A stretch of DNA of 63,776 nt, filler included, from Squatina squatina (taxonomy: Eukaryota): NCBI GenBank assembly GCA_031763465.1. It is 3 parts of 3 records of this genome, joined end to end, with 100 filler letters (N's around TTAATTAATTAA, not from the genome) between each part and the next. Parts side by side here need not be neighbours in the genome. Positions count along the whole stretch, not along the records: positions 48,970 to 63,776 come from JARFOE010000013.1; 2 more parts are not named here. The stretch is one strand, 5' to 3'. The position numbers and the translations under genes are program-made. Below are positions 51,060 to 63,776 of the stretch, piece after piece (position 1 is the stretch's first letter; the number at the start of each line of letters is the position of its first letter). The notes beneath the pieces were generated by a model, which was not told where the DNA came from, searched no databases, and was given only the letters and a program-made list of their open reading frames with translations.

Positions 51060-52452
51060 GCTGAGTGCCCATGCTCTTACAGCACTACTGGCCCATTCTC
51101 ACATTTCTTTATTTCAGCCCTTTATACTCTTCTTCCACCTGTTCATCTGCATATTTATGTATCTTTTTCTTTCATCATTTTATTGATTTTTTTTTTGTTC
51201 CTAAATCTGCAATTTGCTCCAAGGCTATAACAGTTGGATAAGCCATATTCACCTACATTAAAGCATATGAATAAAAAGTACTGTCATTTTGAATTTTTAC
51301 AGTACACCTTCCCAGAACAATTCTACCCAGTCTTAAGGATTCTGCTAACAACTATCGTCATTGTGTAGTACAATGAAACAATGTGCAGTTGGTACAACCC
51401 TGCGGTCAATGTAGAAAATAAAAATTGCCAAATACAACTGGATGTTGCTATGAGGTAGGTAATGCTTTTTTGACAGTCACATGAAACTGTGCAGAATGTA
51501 TCTGATGTATTAAGATTTCTGACAATAGCTTATTATTAAATCTCTTGCCTTTGGCATTTCCTTGACCCTCCCAATGAACTTCAACATTTCTTGTTGCTGT
51601 GGTACTGAGTGCATCCAAAGTATACATAGATAATAAATAGCAAAGCTGACTTTTACGGCATCACCACTTTGTTTATCCAATTTAGCTTTTTGGATAGTTG
51701 TGACTTGTCACATAGAGCATTGTGCTGATATTCCTGCTGACAGCATTATAAATCTAGCCACTTTACACCAATAAAATAAGATACTATATTACCAAAATGC
51801 ACTTATGATGAGAAATTATGTTGCATAGACGATGCGGCTCGTGGATGGGGAGACCATTACATTTTTAGTTTATATTGAACAAAACTAAAATTTATCAAAT
51901 CAATTGTTTTTAAGACTAAGTTGTCCATTCCCAATGAAAACCAAGCTCTTGACTGAAACAGTTCTTGTGTGGAATTCTTTATCGATACTGCGTTTTATGG
52001 ACTGAACTATTGAGACAGTATTTGAACTTAACGACTCAAGCAAAGCTGCTTACAGCTTAAAAGGTTGAATTTAAAAGTGCAGTGAAGCATGAAATACCAG
52101 CTTGAAATGAGAGATAATAACAGATAGCTGTGAGCGACTACACAGAGCGCCAGTGCACCAAAAGTTTGGGAAATTAAGCTCCTACAGAATATGGCTTACT
52201 CCCTCTGTACGGGAGCCATAAAACATTGAACCACTGCAAGTCCAAAGCAGGGAGACTGCTAGTAAGTGGGAGGGATTCTCCTCTTAAAAAAGGGGAATTA
52301 GGAAACATCAAACAAATGGCCAAAACTGCCATTTAAAAACCAAGTTAGATTTTGAAGTATGTGGAGAATGTCACAGTGAAGTATGTAATGCTCACTTTCA
52401 CTGTCCAACTTTGGGAGCACTTAGACAGAGGCAGCTTAATTGCAAAAGGGAA

Positions 52453-52541
52453 GTATAGACCAGTCAGCTTAACATCGGTGGTAGGAAATTAATAGAATTC
52501 CTACTGAAGGAGAAAATAGATGAACATCTAGAAACCAAAAA
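52453..52541 (+). mobile_element. CR1 RT-start fragment
   Basis: YRPVSLTSVVG followed, after a frameshift, by LIEFLLKEKIDEHLETK. Confidence 0.65.
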
Positions 52542-54179
52542 NNNNNNNNNNNNNNNNNNNNNNNNNNNNNNNNNNNNNNNNNNNNNNNNNNNNNNNNNNN
52601 NNNNNNNNNNNNNNNNNNNNNNNNNNNNNNNNNNNNNNNNNCCAACTAGTATCACTGCAAACGTTCGAAACAATTTCTTCAGCTGCTAACTATAGATTCA
52701 CAAAGCAAAGCCTTCACAGGCAAGTTATTTTCCTGTTTAACAAATCCTAAACATTATGATTGTTCCTTTAATTTGCTATGTTTAAGACTCATTGGTAATT
52801 TGCATTGCTGTCACAGGCTGAATAATGTGTTCATTCATGATCAGTACTGCAGCATTTAGTAATTACTGTAGCTATAATTGAATCTCCGAGTTGCCAATGA
52901 AATGATTCGGAATGTGTACCCGGAGCAACCCGTCAAAAATGTTTCACTAATTAAAATATCAATAATTCCTAATTACTCAGCAGCTGTGATTGTTCCTGTT
53001 GGCCTACAGGGCAACATGCTGAGAAACCATGGGGTGTTGTACAGCTCTGACTTGCTACAAGGCTGAAAGATTTGTGTAATTCATTGACACTCCCCAGTCT
53101 AAGCAGCTCCTGCAACAGCACAGCCTTGGCCCATTTAGTTTCCGAGATCTCTAAACAGAACTTGGTGGCCAGGCAAGGCCACTGGTTTTTTGCCTCTGTG
53201 CTACATGCACCTCAAATGCCATTCGTTAAGTAGTTGCCCATCAAAGATTCTAATCCGTAGCCCAATTGTATAATCGTACATCAAACTGGGCACATGCTGC
53301 AAACTGGGCACATGCTGCATGCACTTTCTTTGCATCTTCTGTGATCACTATGAGTGGAATTAAGTAGCTATGGAGGGTAGGTCAAGCAGCGATGAGGAAC
53401 TGGAGGCTTGTTCGGGGTGCGAGGTGGGGAGGAAATATATGGGTATAAATTTTCTGATCTGTTGGGTGAGCTTTGCACCAACCCATCTCTGACTGCTGCA
53501 GAAGCTAACGAATCTTCTAAGGCCCGGCTCATTTAAATATATTTTTTGGTGGTATTTCTACGGCCACTGGGACTTCGCCTTGGATGGGATGGTGGGGTAG
53601 AAGCTGGAGGAAAATGACTGCTGCACAGTAGCTTGGCTGTCAGGGCTGGGCAAAATATATTTTAAAAATCACTGCATTCAGTTACACCATTGTCCTTTAC
53701 ATCTCATACCACATACAATGTTTCATGGTTAATTTCAAAAGCAGACTAGTTTCACCCAGCTAACCACGACACGTGAACAATTCTCGGTGTTTCCAAGGGA
53801 AAATAGAAATGTTTCATTTATTTTTGAGCTATTTCAGGCTGTTATCTACAATTGGAAGCTCCAACATTTTCAATAACACCAATCTGTCTGGTGTGTCAGT
53901 CATTTTTCCGCAGACCTCGATGCTAGCCTTCAATTGTATTCCACTTTGGCTGCAATACCACTGGTTATTGATTTTAAGTCACCGCAGTTGACAGTGCTTC
54001 ATTAGCAAGCTGCGTTTCACTGTCTCTTATCAGCAGACTTCAACTGTTGTAGCTTGTAATATAAACTGAAGTCTCTCTTTGCCAGAATGTAAACCAGTGA
54101 TACCAGTATTACTGGAAGTGAAAGAAATAATCCTCTGATGAAAATAAATGATGCTCGGGGGAAGAAAATGCATAACTGG

Positions 54180-55019
54180 GAGAATCGGAGAATCATACAG
54201 CACAGGAGGAGATCATTCAGCCATTGTGCCTGTGCCAGCTCTTTGAAAGAGGTATCCAATTAGTCCCATTCCCCCTGCTCTTTCCCCATAGCCCTGCAGT
54301 TTGTTCCCCTTCATGTATTTATCCAATTCCCTTTTGAAAGTTACTATTGAATCTGCTTCCAGCATCTTCTCAGGCAGCGCTTTCCAGATCACAAACAACC
54401 CACTGCAAGAAAAAATGTTTCCTCATGTCACCTCTGGTTCTTTTGCCAATCCCCTTAAATCTGTGTCCCCAGGTTACCAACCCTTCTGCCACTGGAAACA
54501 ATTTCACCTTAGTTAGCCTATCAAAACCCTTCAAGACACCCCCCAGTCTCTCTGTTGCTGCACCCACTTTAAAGTTGTACCATTTTGTTTATATTGCCTT
54601 TCCTCATTCTTGTTATCAAAATGTATCACTTCACACTTCTCTGTGTTAAATTTTATCTGCCATGTGTCTGCCCATTTCACCAGTCTGTCTGTCTTCCTGA
54701 ACTCTGTTACTATCCTCCTCATAATGTCATTGGCAAACTTTTAATTATGCCCTGTATACTCAAGCCCATGCGATTAATATATATCATGAAGAGTAGTAGT
54801 CCTAATACTGACCCCTGGGGGACACCACTGTACACTTTCCTCCAGTCTGAAAAACTACCGTTCACCGCTACTCTCTGCTTTCTGTCCCTTAGCCAATTTT
54901 GTATCCACGCTGCCACTGTCCCTTTGAGCTTCAATTTTTCTAACAAGTCTATTGTGTGGTACTTTGTCAAGCGGCTTTTGAAAGTCCATATAGACAACAC
55001 CAACCGCATTACTGTCATC
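54180..55019 (-). mobile_element. CR1 LINE, degenerate RT through 3'UTR
   Basis: WIQNWLRDRKQRVAVNGSFSDWRKVYSGVPQGSVLGLLLFMIYIN; DRLVKWADTWQIKFNTEKCEVIHF; CR1 tail. Confidence 0.92.
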
Positions 55020-56589
55020 NNNNNNNNNNNNNNNNNNNNNNNNNNNNNNNNNNNNNNNNNNNNNNNNNNNNNNNNNNNNNNNNNNNNNNNNNNNNNNNNN
55101 NNNNNNNNNNNNNNNNNNNTCTCAATGCATTGTCTGTCTTTATTGTTTTGATTTCTCTAATGTAATTTGATAAGCTTGCAAGAGAAGTTTGACTACATTA
55201 GGAAATCACAATAACTATATTCAAACTTTTAAAAAGTCATGGCAAAATGGAATTTCATTCCCACTGCACTATGAGTCTTCAATTGCTTATGCAGTCATCG
55301 TATACCGTAAAACCGAACAGTATTGTACACCACTAAAACTGATCCAACTTAAGAACCAACCATGCTTCTGCTATCCTATATTCATAATTTCAAAATTATC
55401 ATCTCTGCACCCAAATTGTCTTAAGCATTCACTATGACAATTCACACCTCTGCAAATAAAGGTCAAGTGTCAGAGAGGGTTTGAAATAGCCAGAAATGAG
55501 CTGACATTTTTCACTCTGTAAAGCCATCAACTTCCTCAGCGTGTTTAACTCTCTATGAAATATGAGGACTGACTGAATTATTAAAAGGCATACAGAGACA
55601 CAATTGGACAGTGGACGGACAAATGATGCAATGGCCCGGATCTTGTGGTAGAAATAGGTTCACCATTATTAAACAGTAAATCGGACAGCAAATTCCAACG
55701 AACGCATTTGAACACGAAAATCAATAAGTTGCTGTCTGAGTTGCCCTGCTCTTAGAGGTTTTGTTAAAACAGTATCTCGCTAAGAGACCCAGCATTGAAA
55801 TACATGGCATGAAGTTGCTGTACTTGCACATAGATACCCACCAAACATGCCAGAAAAAGTTGGGGCTTGCCCATCCCAGTGTAAGTGAATTTTTAACAGC
55901 GTGATAAGTCTCAATTACTGCCAAACAACCTCTCTGGCATTGAAAATTAACTTTTACAAGTGTGGAGTCTCATTCCTTCAGATTTTAATTGGAGATTTAA
56001 ACAAAATATTTTTAAAATTTTCTTTCTGCCCACCCTTTATTCTTAAAGGTTGCAAACTCTCTTCTGTTGCAAATGTTCATTTCTGTGAGTGGGTTATAAC
56101 ATCTATTCTGCAGCAAATATGGTGGGAAAAGTGGAATTCTCAATTACACTAGGCACCACATTGCAGCTTGTATCCACCCAATGACAGAGGATAGAGGAAA
56201 ACTGCTGAAAGAGCAGAATTCTTTTTCTGAGAGTCAAAAGCTATGCAGGCAAGTGAGTTGGAGGGATACCACAGTCTAATTGGAGAGATTCAACCAGGTT
56301 GCCAGCACTGGAATACTACCAAAGAGTTGGTGCTGCTTAAATCAGTCTAGTTTATACATGAAGCTGCTGATCTGTACTGACTTCAACCCTCTTCCCAAAG
56401 AGTTTGCACAGAATAGCAGCAGCAGCAATGCTTAACACACTGCTTCTGCATATGGAACTGTCTCCCAGACATTATCATCTGAACTCTTGTCTCTTGTAGG
56501 CTCTGCTTTGTCGTAGCAGTGTTTTCCTGGCTTGAGACCAGGTCCTCCTGCAACGGCGGATGAAGGCTTGGGCAGAAGAGACGCTGACC

Positions 56590-56946
56590 TCCTCCTCCTG
56601 AGATGGGGGAGCTATGCCTGCTGGCAAGTGCTGTGTCCTCACGGCCAGGTTGTGCAGCATACAGCAGATGATGAATAGGACACCGCTCGGGCGAGTACTG
56701 CAGGTTTCCTGAGCGGTCCAGACAGCAGAACTGTTGCTTGAGCACGCCGATGGTCCGCTCAATGATGTTCCTGGTGGCAGAATGGCTCTCATTGTACGAG
56801 TGATAGGCAGGAATGTTGGGCTTGCAGAGCGGAGTCATGAGCCAGGTGCATAGCGGATAGCCCTTGTCCTGGAGTAGCGAGCCACGAGCTTGCTTTAGTG
56901 GCTGGAAGAGAGCTGGCACACCGCTCTGGCACAGGACCATCACTGC
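56590..56946 (-). mobile_element. Harbinger (HARBI1-like) DDE transposase C-terminal fragment
   Basis: LLQDKGYPLCTWLMTPL...YNESHSATRNIIERTIGVLKQQFCCLDRSGNLQYSPER, then a frameshift to IICCMLHNLA. Confidence 0.88.
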
Positions 56947-57809
56947 NNNNNNNNNNNNNNNNNNNNNNNNNNNNNNNNNNNNNNNNNNNNNNNNNNNNNN
57001 NNNNNNNNNNNNNNNNNNNNNNNNNNNNNNNNNNNNNNNNNNNNNNAATAATCAAAATTAAATCTTCAGTGAATAAATAGCTTTAATAGTGCAAAATAAT
57101 TTTTTTTCTGTTCTCTGGCAGTTGGCGTGCTTCCCACTTTCCCATCTAAACGTTCTAGCAGTTTGCCCATTTCCCAAACAGTAATTGCTTAAAGGGCACT
57201 CTGTTGCTTTGGAATAATTTTATGGTGTTTGTCGTTCTGGCTGCAATTAACTCTTTCCTTCCTGTATAGGTGTCAGAACTGAGGCAGATGTCCCAGTGAC
57301 CTTTTGTTTAAAGGGATAGGCATCTCCAAATCCAAATTGCACTGAATCGCCCCCAAATTCAGACCCGTTTGGATTTTGGTGACATTTGTGTGGTAGGGGC
57401 CACAGAGGGTTTGAGAGCTTGAATTCAATGCACGTCTTTTAGCAATAGAGTTTATTTTGACCCTAAAGGGCAAGCTTGCCATTAGCAAGATATTGGCATA
57501 GCTTTCCAAATGTGTTGTTGAATGCACTATCCCATAACATTCACATCATATCATAAAATTTGTGTTGATGTTTCAAAAGTTTATTGCTACAGAAATACAC
57601 TTTTATCCCTTGCGTGAGATGTAATTTTGACAAAAACCATGCTGAGCTCTGGCAGTCACTTTCTAGCGATTTCTATTTCTGTCTGGTAAGGGAATCAAGG
57701 GATATGGAGTTGAGGTACAGCTCAGCCATTGAATGGCAGAGCAGGCTCGAAGTGCTATGTGGCCTACTAAGAAAGAGAGACAGACTACAGAAGAAAGGAG
57801 AATTTGTTT

Positions 57810-58079
57810 TAGTGATGGTTGAGGAATAAATACTGGTCAGTACACCAAGGAGAATACACCTGTACTTCAAAATATTGTGATGGGATCTTTCACATCCACC
57901 TGAGAGAGCAGACATCTGTTTAACATCTCATCTGAAAGATGGCATTTCCAACAATGTAGCACTCCTTCAGTACTGCACTGGAGTATCAGCCTAGATTGTA
58001 TGCTGAAGGCTCTGAAGTGGGGCTTGAGCCCACAACCTTCTCCGTCAAAGGCGAGTGCAACCCACTGAGCCACAGCTGA
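57810..58079 (-). mobile_element. Deu-SINE 5' head plus Deu-domain fragment
   Basis: Reverse complement starts TCAGCTGTGGCTCAGTGGG (A box) ... GGCTCAAGCCCC (B-box-like) ... GCAGTACTGAAGGAGTGCTACATTGTTGGAAATGCCATCTTTCAGATGAGATGTTAAAC. Confidence 0.75.
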
Positions 58080-60169
58080 TCTGCTCCTACATTTCCCTTT
58101 AAAACAAAGACTGCTCTTAGCAGAGCTGGTGCAGAGGCATCACAGTTGGCCTCAGTACTTTTGGGATAGAGGTGGGGGGGAAGAAAACAACAAAGGTTCC
58201 TGCTCCTGATCACTATACTCTCATGGAAGGACTGCCTGTGTAAATGTTGTGTGATCTGCTGTGATGAGCCCCACAGCCGACATTCACTGTTTGCACTCTC
58301 AACACATGTGCCGTGTGCTTGTGGAACTGTACTTTGGCTGGAATTAATGTTTTCAGGAAAGGAATAGGAGGAGAATTTTAGCAGAGGAAAGAGGGTAGCC
58401 AAGATATTATACAGTGAGTCACTCATCCAGGATCAGCTGCACAGCACCCCCTGCTGACCCAGCATTGCTTCATTCCTCATTGAGGTTCTATTTTAACAAA
58501 AACTAGGCTGAGTTCTTCCAGGTTTTCTGCAGCAACCCTCCTTTTTAAAAAAAGGCTGATTTCGGCCGGGGTGGAACTGTTCCTATTGGAAAGATGGTGA
58601 GAGTGATGCTATCCAATTGCATTTTATTTAATCTTTGCATTCACGAGCCTGAAGAGCCAATTCTGATATAATTGCTCAATTTTCACTATTTTTACATTCC
58701 ATTGGATGCCTTAATTACTTGACACTTAGATAACCTCATAAGTATGCAGAACAGGCCATACTAATGGTTCAATGGCAACGGAGAGTGATTAGCACTTAAA
58801 TACTGCCAGAATTACTTCAACTCCCACAAACACATGAACCCAGCCAAAAAGAATTTGAGTCTGGGAATTATGATTGATATAGAACAAGATTTCACTTATT
58901 CCATTTAATAATATTTATCTAAGCTGAATTTCTTCTTCTAAGTGCTTTTGCTTGTAAGCCAGATTCTTTGTCTCTGTCACATCTATGCCAAAGTCATATA
59001 TCAAGTTTCAGTTCTCTGGCCTGGTTTATTTTTCAGGTACTTAAAGCACCCTCTGGTTTTCACAGGGGTTTCCATTTCTTTACACGGCACTAGCTTAAAC
59101 TCAGGGGTCAGGTTTGTGGCACCTTCCACAGATCCAGATAATTCAACCAAAAAGAAAGACAAATATACCAAACACTTCCACTTTACAAAATACCGATTAC
59201 ATTGTGCCTCCCTCTTGAGTAATAGCAAGGCTCGAGGTAAATTAAATGATCAAAAATTTGGGTTTGTACCAACCCCTCACCTGGAAGAACTTTGCAACAT
59301 TTTGCAAAGTAGCGCTAATGCAGCCGAGCAGGAGTTGGGAAGATTACGGTGGGGATTGAGGTTTTTAAGAGGATGTGAAAGGGAGAGAAAGAGGTTGCAA
59401 GGCAAAGAAATTTATAGGGCAATATTTGCTTTAAGCAGGTTACCTGCTGCCCCTCAGGGTAGAGNNNNNNNNNNNNNNNNNNNNNNNNNNNNNNNNNNNN
59501 NNNNNNNNNNNNNNNNNNNNNNNNNNNNNNNNNNNNNNNNNNNNNNNNNNNNNNNNNNNNNNNNCCACCCCCTTCCCCTGCCCCCGCTAACCCCCAACCC
59601 TGTATTTCAACCTTGGTGGTATCCTGCACTCAGCCTTGACCATTAATTTAGGATTAACAATTTAAATGCGTTCTTTTTTAGCACTGTATCCCCAAACATG
59701 TTCTGTAGAAGTCTGATTACCTTAAACATTATTGTCCAATCCACCTCACTGCATATCATAGCAACTCTACTGTTAGCATCTCGAGCTGCAGTTTAAAAGA
59801 AATAAATCATTAATCTGCTTGGGAGAGAAAGACATTTTGAAAACTGACTGGCTAAACATTTATATTAAGTATTATAAATTTGTAACTCGTCACCCTGAGA
59901 AGTTCTTCCACCCTGAGCAGATTGTTCCATTTGTAATTGCTGTTCAAAAAGCACAGCTCTCGTTGCTTTGCAAGTGAAGGGAATTGGCAAGTTTCAATGG
60001 TTTTATAATGCCTTTTCCAGCAGGTGTAGATCCAAAAATGATGAACTAGTTTCGCAATTATATTCAAACGAGAAAGGAAAATAGTACTGAAGTGGGATGT
60101 GATTGCAATGCAAAGTTACATTTCCATTTAAAGTTTTGTTTAAAGGGAAGTATATTATTGGTGAGGAGT

Positions 60170-60311
60170 AAAGAAAAAACTTACATTTATGTAATGCCTT
60201 TCATGTCCTTAGGACATCCCAAAGCACTTTGCAGCCAATGAAGATCTTGTGAAGTGTAGTCCATGTCATAATGTGGGTAAATGTTGCAGGTAACTTGTGC
60301 TCAGCAAAGTA
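60170..60311 (-). mobile_element. Deu-SINE 3' part
   Basis: ACTTACATTTATGTAATGCCTTTCATGTCCTTAGGACATCCCAAAGCACTTTGCAGCCAATGAAG. Confidence 0.7.
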
Positions 60312-60936
60312 NNNNNNNNNNNNNNNNNNNNNNNNNNNNNNNNNNNNNNNNNNNNNNNNNNNNNNNNNNNNNNNNNNNNNNNNNNNNNNNNNNNNNNNNN
60401 NNNNNNNNNNNTAATTAATTCTGCAGCCCTAGTCTGCAAACAGGATAGCCAAAGTAGCTAATAATTAATGCCTTTTAAAGCATCTCTGTAACCAAAAGTG
60501 ACAAATCTTTTTTACTTTTCTACTGAATTATGTGGTGTTATAAACTGCATTGGAGTACATCATTACATTACTTGTGTTTGGTTCTACTACAACGATAATG
60601 ATGCTCTTTCTTCTGGTTGCTCTCCCTTGCCAAATATTGTATGGAAAAAGACTTGGCAAATATATCTCATTAATACAGCATCGCTTTAATATCCAGCAAG
60701 CCCTCCTTCCTGAGGTGGTTATGATAGAGTTTTTGTTGGTAATACATAAAGAGTTCTCTCAAATAGTCTCACTATAGAGTCCAACCAAGATATTAACTTA
60801 TCTTTATCCTTCAGTTACTGACTGACCTGTATGTTTCCAAAATTTTTTGTTTCTATTTCTTGCATATTTTTAAATGTGTTTTTTTTTAAATCTTTGATGT
60901 CATGCAGTTGCTACTGAGAAATATCATTTTCATTAG

Positions 60937-61175
<239 letters not shown>

Positions 61176-61360
61176 NNNNNNNNNNNNNNNNNNNNNNNNN
61201 NNNNNNNNNNNNNNNNNNNNNNNNNNNNNNNNNNNNNNNNNNNNNNNNNNNNNNNNNNNNNNNNNNNNNNNNNNNGCTCAGGGAAACAGAGTGGCTGTTC
61301 TGATACTATTTTAAAAAATAGTATTATTAAAACGTTACTCAAACATTGTGCTCGGAATAA

Positions 61361-61558
<198 letters not shown>

Positions 61559-62358
61559 TTCCAAATCGAAGAAAATGACATTTAGTGTGGCGGTGTTTCT
61601 GCTTCCTGCCATTACATCACCGGTGGCTCAGTCACCTCTTCATGGCCAAATCTGCCATATTTTAGCCCTGTTTGCATTTTAATTCTGAATTTGTAAATGG
61701 CTGTTTAATTAAACACTGTGTTTGGAAATATTACAGAACCTTTTTTCAGCTGTGTGAATGTACTGTTACAATAATTGTGTTTACTTTGATCAGAAATCTC
61801 TTAGATATTTGATATTTTTAATTTGAACTAGAAAGAGATGGGGAAGTAGTTTATAAGGCTTTGATTTTATTTCAATTCAAGAATGACTTGTAGCCTTGTC
61901 TCTCTCAATCGTGGAACTGGAAGAGAGCAGATACTTGTGTCTGTGAGAGACGTGTCCAAGCAAATCAGATGTCACTTACGCTTCATCCCACAGAGAAAGC
62001 AAAGTTGTCAGTGTTGTTAAAAGCAAGCAGAAGTCAGTCAGGTGAATGTTTATGTTGTAGCCCTTATATGAGAGATGTTAATACTTGATTAAGAATATTG
62101 GGAGTCAATTGAACCCAGTGTTGTTAGAACGGGGGGTACATGTGTATTGGAGCTGGAGCTGCCGTCTGCTAATCTTCAGTTAGACGAAGCCATAGTCTGG
62201 CAAATATGAATTTAAAGAATTACAGAGGGAAAAACAATCAGGATTATTCTGCACCCCTATTATAAAGCTCTCTGTCATAAGGATACTGGAGCTTCACTGT
62301 CAATATTTTCATGTCACACTTTATGCTATACTGGTCGCTCCCCGTGAAATTGCACACG

Positions 62359-62484
62359 GGGTGAAAGCTTCGACTTCAGCGGGGGTGTAAAACGGGCAGT
62401 AATGGATAGGCCACCCGTTATACACCTTGCCCCCTTTTCTTGTCCATTGACTTCATTAACCCGCTGAAGTTGAAAGTTTTGCCC
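62359..62484. mobile_element. 126-bp MITE (Harbinger-type)
   Basis: TIRs GGGTGAAAGCTTCGACTTCAGCGGG / CCCGCTGAAGTTGAAAGTTTTGCCC. Internal segment resembles the 37142 MITE. Confidence 0.7.
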
Positions 62485-63776
62485 AGGGAGTCGAGAGCAA
62501 GTGTAGTCTTCAGGTGAAGAGAGCAAGAGATAATTGGACCGTGGCACGCAGACACAATTTAGTCTCCATTTTAAAGTCGTACATTCTGTACTTGTTTTTA
62601 TATAATACCTTGATTTTATATTATTTATATTTAAATAACAAACTTGCAGCAATTTGGGAAGTAGAGTTGGTTGATGCATAGGAGTCTCTCTGCAGTACAT
62701 GCCAAGGAGCTGAGAAATTCAAAACTACAGCGCCACCACTCGTGGGNNNNNNNNNNNNNNNNNNNNNNNNNNNNNNNNNNNNNNNNNNNNNNNNNNNNNN
62801 NNNNNNNNNNNNNNNNNNNNNNNNNNNNNNNNNNNNNNNNNNNNNNAGAGGAGAGGGACAGAGTGAAAAAGAAAAGTTAGCCGATGTCTGAACTCCTGAT
62901 TGGGGGTGTGCATGCCAAGGGAGTAGAGGATTGGCCTCAGCTACGATGCCCTCTCCCCTTGTATAAAAAGTATGACTGAATTCCGTGTACATTCTGAAGT
63001 TTATTTTGCTCTTTAAAAAAAATTGTACAAAAAATAAAATACAGCTGTCTTTTTAAAGTCTGAAAAGATCCCGACTCCCATTTCCAAAAATATTACCTTG
63101 TATACAGTTATTCTCAATTTGTAAAAACATTCAAGTTTCCCAAATCCTTTAAATACCCTGGATAGTAGTTTATACAGTCATTTTGTAAAATCTCATGATG
63201 CCTTTCAAACTTAATATATAGACAAAAAGGAAACAGGTTTTATATTAAAAAATACACAACTACAATGAAAACCCTCAACCCAAAGAAAACATAATGGCAG
63301 TAAACACGCCTTATGTAAAATTTAATATTGCACATTATAGACAATTTTTACAATTATATACGCTATTCTCTATTTCAGTTAGTGTCAAATTCTACTAAAG
63401 ATGTTACTGGTCCTCAGTGCTACACAGAGAACCAAGGCAGATACACAGATAGCTTTGTATGGCCTACTGGAGTGTTAGGTGTATGTCAACCTTATTGCAT
63501 AAATGCATTTGACTACTATGATGTACAAGCTCTCACAATTACCTTAAAAAGCAATGAAACAAGTCTTATTGCTCTCCAATTGAAGAAACAATCGGAGTGA
63601 CCTTTACTTTTTCATTTCACAATCTTGTCTTCTGAGGTATTGTTGGATGCATCTAGTGTGGAAAAATTGGTATGTGATTGGAGCAGACAATTGAAACACA
63701 AAACTGACTGCATTCGGGACCGGGAAAAAGAGAGGATACCCGGCAGAGCTGTATCGGACGTCCGGACTAATTATCC

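Noticed and set aside
53282-53319. 18-bp tandem duplication CAAACTGGGCACATGCTG (similar short duplication at 19247-19282)
   Set aside because: Two adjacent units only, typical of slippage; no array structure.
58942-59646. 234-aa ORF
   Set aside because: Non-ATG start, spans a gap, no domain similarity; the 3' part looks repeat-derived.

Overview
Vertebrate genomic DNA, almost certainly from a cartilaginous fish (shark-type Deu-SINEs, CR1/L2 LINEs, Harbinger elements). The assembly is very fragmentary: 1-3 kb contigs joined by mostly 100-N gaps, plus two artificial N44-TTAATTAATTAA-N44 spacers. Real distances are therefore compressed and most genes are only partly present. Left block: ZNF503/Nlz2 (-, two exons, one internal gap), the first coding exon of LRMDA/C10orf11 (+) followed by CNE-like non-coding DNA, three exons of DNTT/TdT (-) and three exons of BLNK/SLP-65 (+) head-to-head, and an intron-containing tRNA-Arg(TCT)-derived pseudogene. 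After the second spacer the synteny switches to UBR5 (last exon, +) and NCALD (first and last coding exons, +). I found no convincing novel multi-gene system. The best leads are a 36-codon uORF whose stop overlaps the ZNF503 start (ATGA), a YEDP motif in BLNK where mammals have YVMP, a ~17-aa insertion in TdT, a tRNA copy with a TCT->TTT anticodon change, and a palindromic repeat with a degenerate hammerhead-like core. Gene identities come from recalled protein sequences, not from database searches.
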